Below the pieces are notes generated by a model. It saw only the letters and a program-made list of their open reading frames with translations. It was not told the DNA's origin and made no database searches. The position numbers were made by a program, and so were the translations under genes. Below, piece by piece: positions 25,538-28,077 of a stretch of 28,077 bases of DNA. The stretch covers positions 1-28,077 of the forward strand of contig WQVW01000001.1 of the NCBI GenBank assembly GCA_009785655.1, given 5' to 3'. Every line of letters starts with the position of its first letter. Position 1 is the first letter of the stretch. Source of the stretch: Oscillospiraceae bacterium (lineage in GTDB: Bacteria; Bacillota; Clostridia; Oscillospirales; Oscillospiraceae).

Positions 25538-26644
25538 ATGGATAAGAAAACAAGAATTCTCGCAATCAATCCAGGCTCAACCACCACAAAAATGGCGTTG
25601 TATGATAATAATAATGAATTGTTCGGCATATCCGTCACGCACAGCCTGGAAGATTTGAAGCCATTCACTGATATTCAGGATCAGTTGCAATATCGCACAG
25701 ATCTGCTGGAAAAGATAATGCTTGAAAAAGGGTATCATCTGGAAGATGTAGACGTATTTGTCGGGCGCGGCGGTGGACTTGTTCCGATGGAAGGCGGGGT
25801 ATATGCGGTGTCCGAACTTCTGGCGGATCATGCGTCCCGCGCGATGTCCGGTGCGGCGCACCCGGCGCAGTTAGCGGCGCAAATCGCCAGACAATTTGCC
25901 GATAGATTCGGGAAACAAGCCTATGTGGTCAACCCACCGGATGTGGATGAGTTCCAAGATATTGCCCGTGTTACCGGTGTCCGCGGCATTTATCGGGAGA
26001 GTCATATACACGCGCTGAACCAGAAAGAAGTGGCGGTCAGGTTCTGCAATTCCAGGGGCGCTAAGTATGAAGACATGAACCTTATCATCTGCCATTTGGG
26101 CGGCGGAATTTCAATTACTGCACATGAGAAGGGCAAGATGATAGACTCTAACGATATCATCAACGGTGCGGGGCCCATGACCCCGACAAGGTCAGGGGAT
26201 CTGCCGTATATGAAAATAATTGAACTAAGTTACAGCGGAGAATATACGAAAAAAGAGCTGACAGATAAGCTGAATCAAGCAGGCGGATTGATCAGCCATT
26301 TCGGCACAACAGATGTGCCGGAAATTTTGGAAAAAGTTGCTGACGGCGACAAATATGCGGAACTTATAATAAACGGCATGATCTATCAATGCGCAAAATA
26401 TGCGGGCGCGATGGCGGTGGCGTTAAAAGGCAAAATAGACGCGATTATCATTACAGGCGGCATCGCGGATAACACGTATTTTACCGATAGAATGAAAGAC
26501 TATCTGGCCTGGATTGCTGAGATTGTCGTCATGCCGCATGAGTTTGAGCTTGAAGCACTGGCCGCCGGGGTGATGCGTGTAATAAACGGTGAAGAGGCAG
26601 CGAAAACGTATACGGGAATACCGGTGTGGTCAATGGATCATTGA
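25538..26644 (+). CDS. buk: Butyrate kinase (butyrate/branched-chain carboxylate kinase)
   Basis: ILAINPGSTTTK, VGRGGGL, NPPDVDE, HALNQK, HLGGGIS, GPMTPTRSG and AIIITGGIA. Confidence 0.95.
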   Translation: MDKKTRILAINPGSTTTKMALYDNNNELFGISVTHSLEDLKPFTDIQDQLQYRTDLLEKIMLEKGYHLEDVDVFVGRGGGLVPMEGGVYAVSELLADHASRAMSGAAHPAQLAAQIARQFADRFGKQAYVVNPPDVDEFQDIARVTGVRGIYRESHIHALNQKEVAVRFCNSRGAKYEDMNLIICHLGGGISITAHEKGKMIDSNDIINGAGPMTPTRSGDLPYMKIIELSYSGEYTKKELTDKLNQAGGLISHFGTTDVPEILEKVADGDKYAELIINGMIYQCAKYAGAMAVALKGKIDAIIITGGIADNTYFTDRMKDYLAWIAEIVVMPHEFELEALAAGVMRVINGEEAAKTYTGIPVWSMDH

Positions 26645-26661
26645 CAATTTGAGAGGTTGAG

Positions 26662-27162
26662 ATGATGGCAGAGCTCCAGGACGTTTTGGATGAATTCGGG
26701 AATAAAACCGGGCGGTTGCATGAGCGGGGGACACCTATGCAACCGGGAGAATATCGCCTGGCTGTTGAGGTTTGGATAGTGAACGGCAAAGGCGAGTTTC
26801 TTATTTCCAAGAGATCACCGCATGTGCGGGCAAGCCAAAACATGTGGCAGCCGACGACGGGCGCCGTGATCGCCGGGGACGATAGTCTGAAAACTGCCTT
26901 GAAAGAGGCGTGGGAAGAAATTGGCGTGATGCTATCGCCCGAAAACGGACGATTGATCCTCCGCCGTGTTATTGATAACATGTTCCTTGATGTATGGATT
27001 TTTCACCAAGAGGTAGACATATCAGACGTTATGCTGGATCCAAAAGAAACCGTTGACGCAAAATGGGTGGATGAAGATACGATACGGCAGATGATTGTCA
27101 ATGGTGAATTCATACTGGATGACGTGGATTCGTTTAATATTTTATTGAAGCAGGGGACGTAA
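26662..27162 (+). CDS. Nudix hydrolase
   Basis: Near-consensus Nudix box GAVIAGDDSLKTALKEAWEEIG; DVLDEFG..TG...RG..M.PGEY N-terminus. Confidence 0.88.
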   Translation: MMAELQDVLDEFGNKTGRLHERGTPMQPGEYRLAVEVWIVNGKGEFLISKRSPHVRASQNMWQPTTGAVIAGDDSLKTALKEAWEEIGVMLSPENGRLILRRVIDNMFLDVWIFHQEVDISDVMLDPKETVDAKWVDEDTIRQMIVNGEFILDDVDSFNILLKQGT

Positions 27163-27167
27163 ACAAC

Positions 27168-27884
27168 ATGCAGGATCAATTCACCAGAACGGAGATTTTA
27201 ATCGGACAGGAGAATCTTGAAAAGCTGAAATCCTGCCGGGTGGCAGTGTTTGGCCTTGGCGGCGTCGGCGGACACTGTGCCGAGGCACTCTGCCGCACTG
27301 GGATTGGTGAGATTGATCTAATTGACGGTGATGTGGTTGATATAACCAACATAAATCGCCAAATTATCGCGACACACAGGACGATAGGCCGTGATAAAGT
27401 GACCGTCATGCAAGAACGGCTGTTGGAGATTAATCCCGACGCTGTGATTGTGCCGCACCAACTGTTTTATTTGCCGGAATCCGCCGGGGAAATTGATTTG
27501 TCTGCATACGATTATATAGTTGACGCCGTGGACACAATGGCGGCGAAGCTGGAGCTTGTTTGCCGCGCTGTGTCGCTGGGTGTACCTATAATCAGTGCAA
27601 TGGGGGCGGCGAATAAGCTTGACGCATCGGCGTTTCAAGTGGCGGATATCTACAAAACAGCTGTTTGTCCGATGGCCAGAGTCATGCGGAAGGAATTGCG
27701 GAAACGCGGCGTGAAATCGCTTAAAGTGGTCTATTCTACCGAGACGCCGCACGTCCCTTTGGCACAATTGTCGGCACCGGAAGGTTCATCCCGCCGGTCA
27801 ATTCCTGCCAGCTGCGCCTTTGTCCCGCCGGTTGCGGGATTAATCATGGCCGGTGAAGTGGTTCGGGATTTGTTACAACTGTAA
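27168..27884 (+). CDS. tcdA: tRNA threonylcarbamoyladenosine dehydratase (ThiF/E1-like)
   Basis: FTRTEILIG, GLGGVGG, LIDGD.V..TNINRQ, SAMGAANK, TAVCPMARVMRKELRK, VVYSTE and FVPPVAG. Confidence 0.9.
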   Translation: MQDQFTRTEILIGQENLEKLKSCRVAVFGLGGVGGHCAEALCRTGIGEIDLIDGDVVDITNINRQIIATHRTIGRDKVTVMQERLLEINPDAVIVPHQLFYLPESAGEIDLSAYDYIVDAVDTMAAKLELVCRAVSLGVPIISAMGAANKLDASAFQVADIYKTAVCPMARVMRKELRKRGVKSLKVVYSTETPHVPLAQLSAPEGSSRRSIPASCAFVPPVAGLIMAGEVVRDLLQL

Positions 27885-27960
27885 AAAGCGCAATTGCGTG
27901 GTAAGGTCAAGGGGTTTTTCGGATATTTACTAAAATTTTCTACGACACATAATTTAAACT

Positions 27961-27993
27961 CACGGGGGCTGAAGCATTGATTCAGCCCCCGTG
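27961..27993. terminator. Perfect 13-bp hairpin downstream of tcdA, possible terminator
   Basis: CACGGGGGCTGAA-GCATTGA-TTCAGCCCCCGTG. Confidence 0.5.
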
Positions 27994-28077
27994 GTATGTT
28001 ATTTGCCATGAATGCGCCGATTTTCCTCTACAGAGTGAGCTCTCCGAATTGCCGGTGACAAATACGCGAGCTAAAGA

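Noticed and set aside
27731-28077. 92-aa minus-strand ORF or a possible gene end at the right edge
   Set aside because: The ORF overlaps tcdA in antisense and crosses the hairpin. None of the three minus frames at the edge gives a recognisable protein in the available sequence.
1-28077. CRISPR array, rRNA, tRNA, T-box or classical riboswitch, transposase, integrase
   Set aside because: I saw no regularly spaced direct repeats, cloverleaf, T-box GGTGGNACCGCG motif or recombinase/transposase motifs. The REP doublets are dispersed and inverted, not an array.

Overview
A mostly housekeeping chromosomal window from a Clostridia genome; the gene order suggests Oscillospiraceae/Ruminococcaceae (inference). 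The minus strand carries the conserved rimP-nusA-ylxR-ylxQ-infB-rbfA-nrnA(DHH)-truB-ribF operon, then ald, a small hypothetical gene and a nucleotidyltransferase fused to a degenerate phosphomannomutase-like region. The plus strand carries gdpP-rplI-dnaB-tilS-hpt-ftsH, followed by a dCMP-deaminase-family gene, ptb-buk, a Nudix hydrolase and tcdA. I found no rRNA, tRNA, CRISPR array, transposase or integrase. The main points of interest are: (1) at least 8 GTAG-type REP hairpins, including three inverted doublets inside core operons, one of which supplies the tilS stop codon; (2) a circularly permuted amino-acid-binding lipoprotein coupled to ftsH with no transporter genes nearby; (3) an accessory islet at about 22.7-23.7 kb with an uncalled 23-codon Cys/Arg-rich ORF behind a strong RBS, converging on three small Cys-rich phage-like genes; (4) near-total absence of lysine from all four sizeable predicted extracytoplasmic segments; (5) two unexplained structured intergenic elements (11948-12008 and 17723-17812); (6) a GdpP whose DHHA1 GGGH motif reads GGGN. 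All calls come from reading the sequence and recognising motifs; no searches were run.
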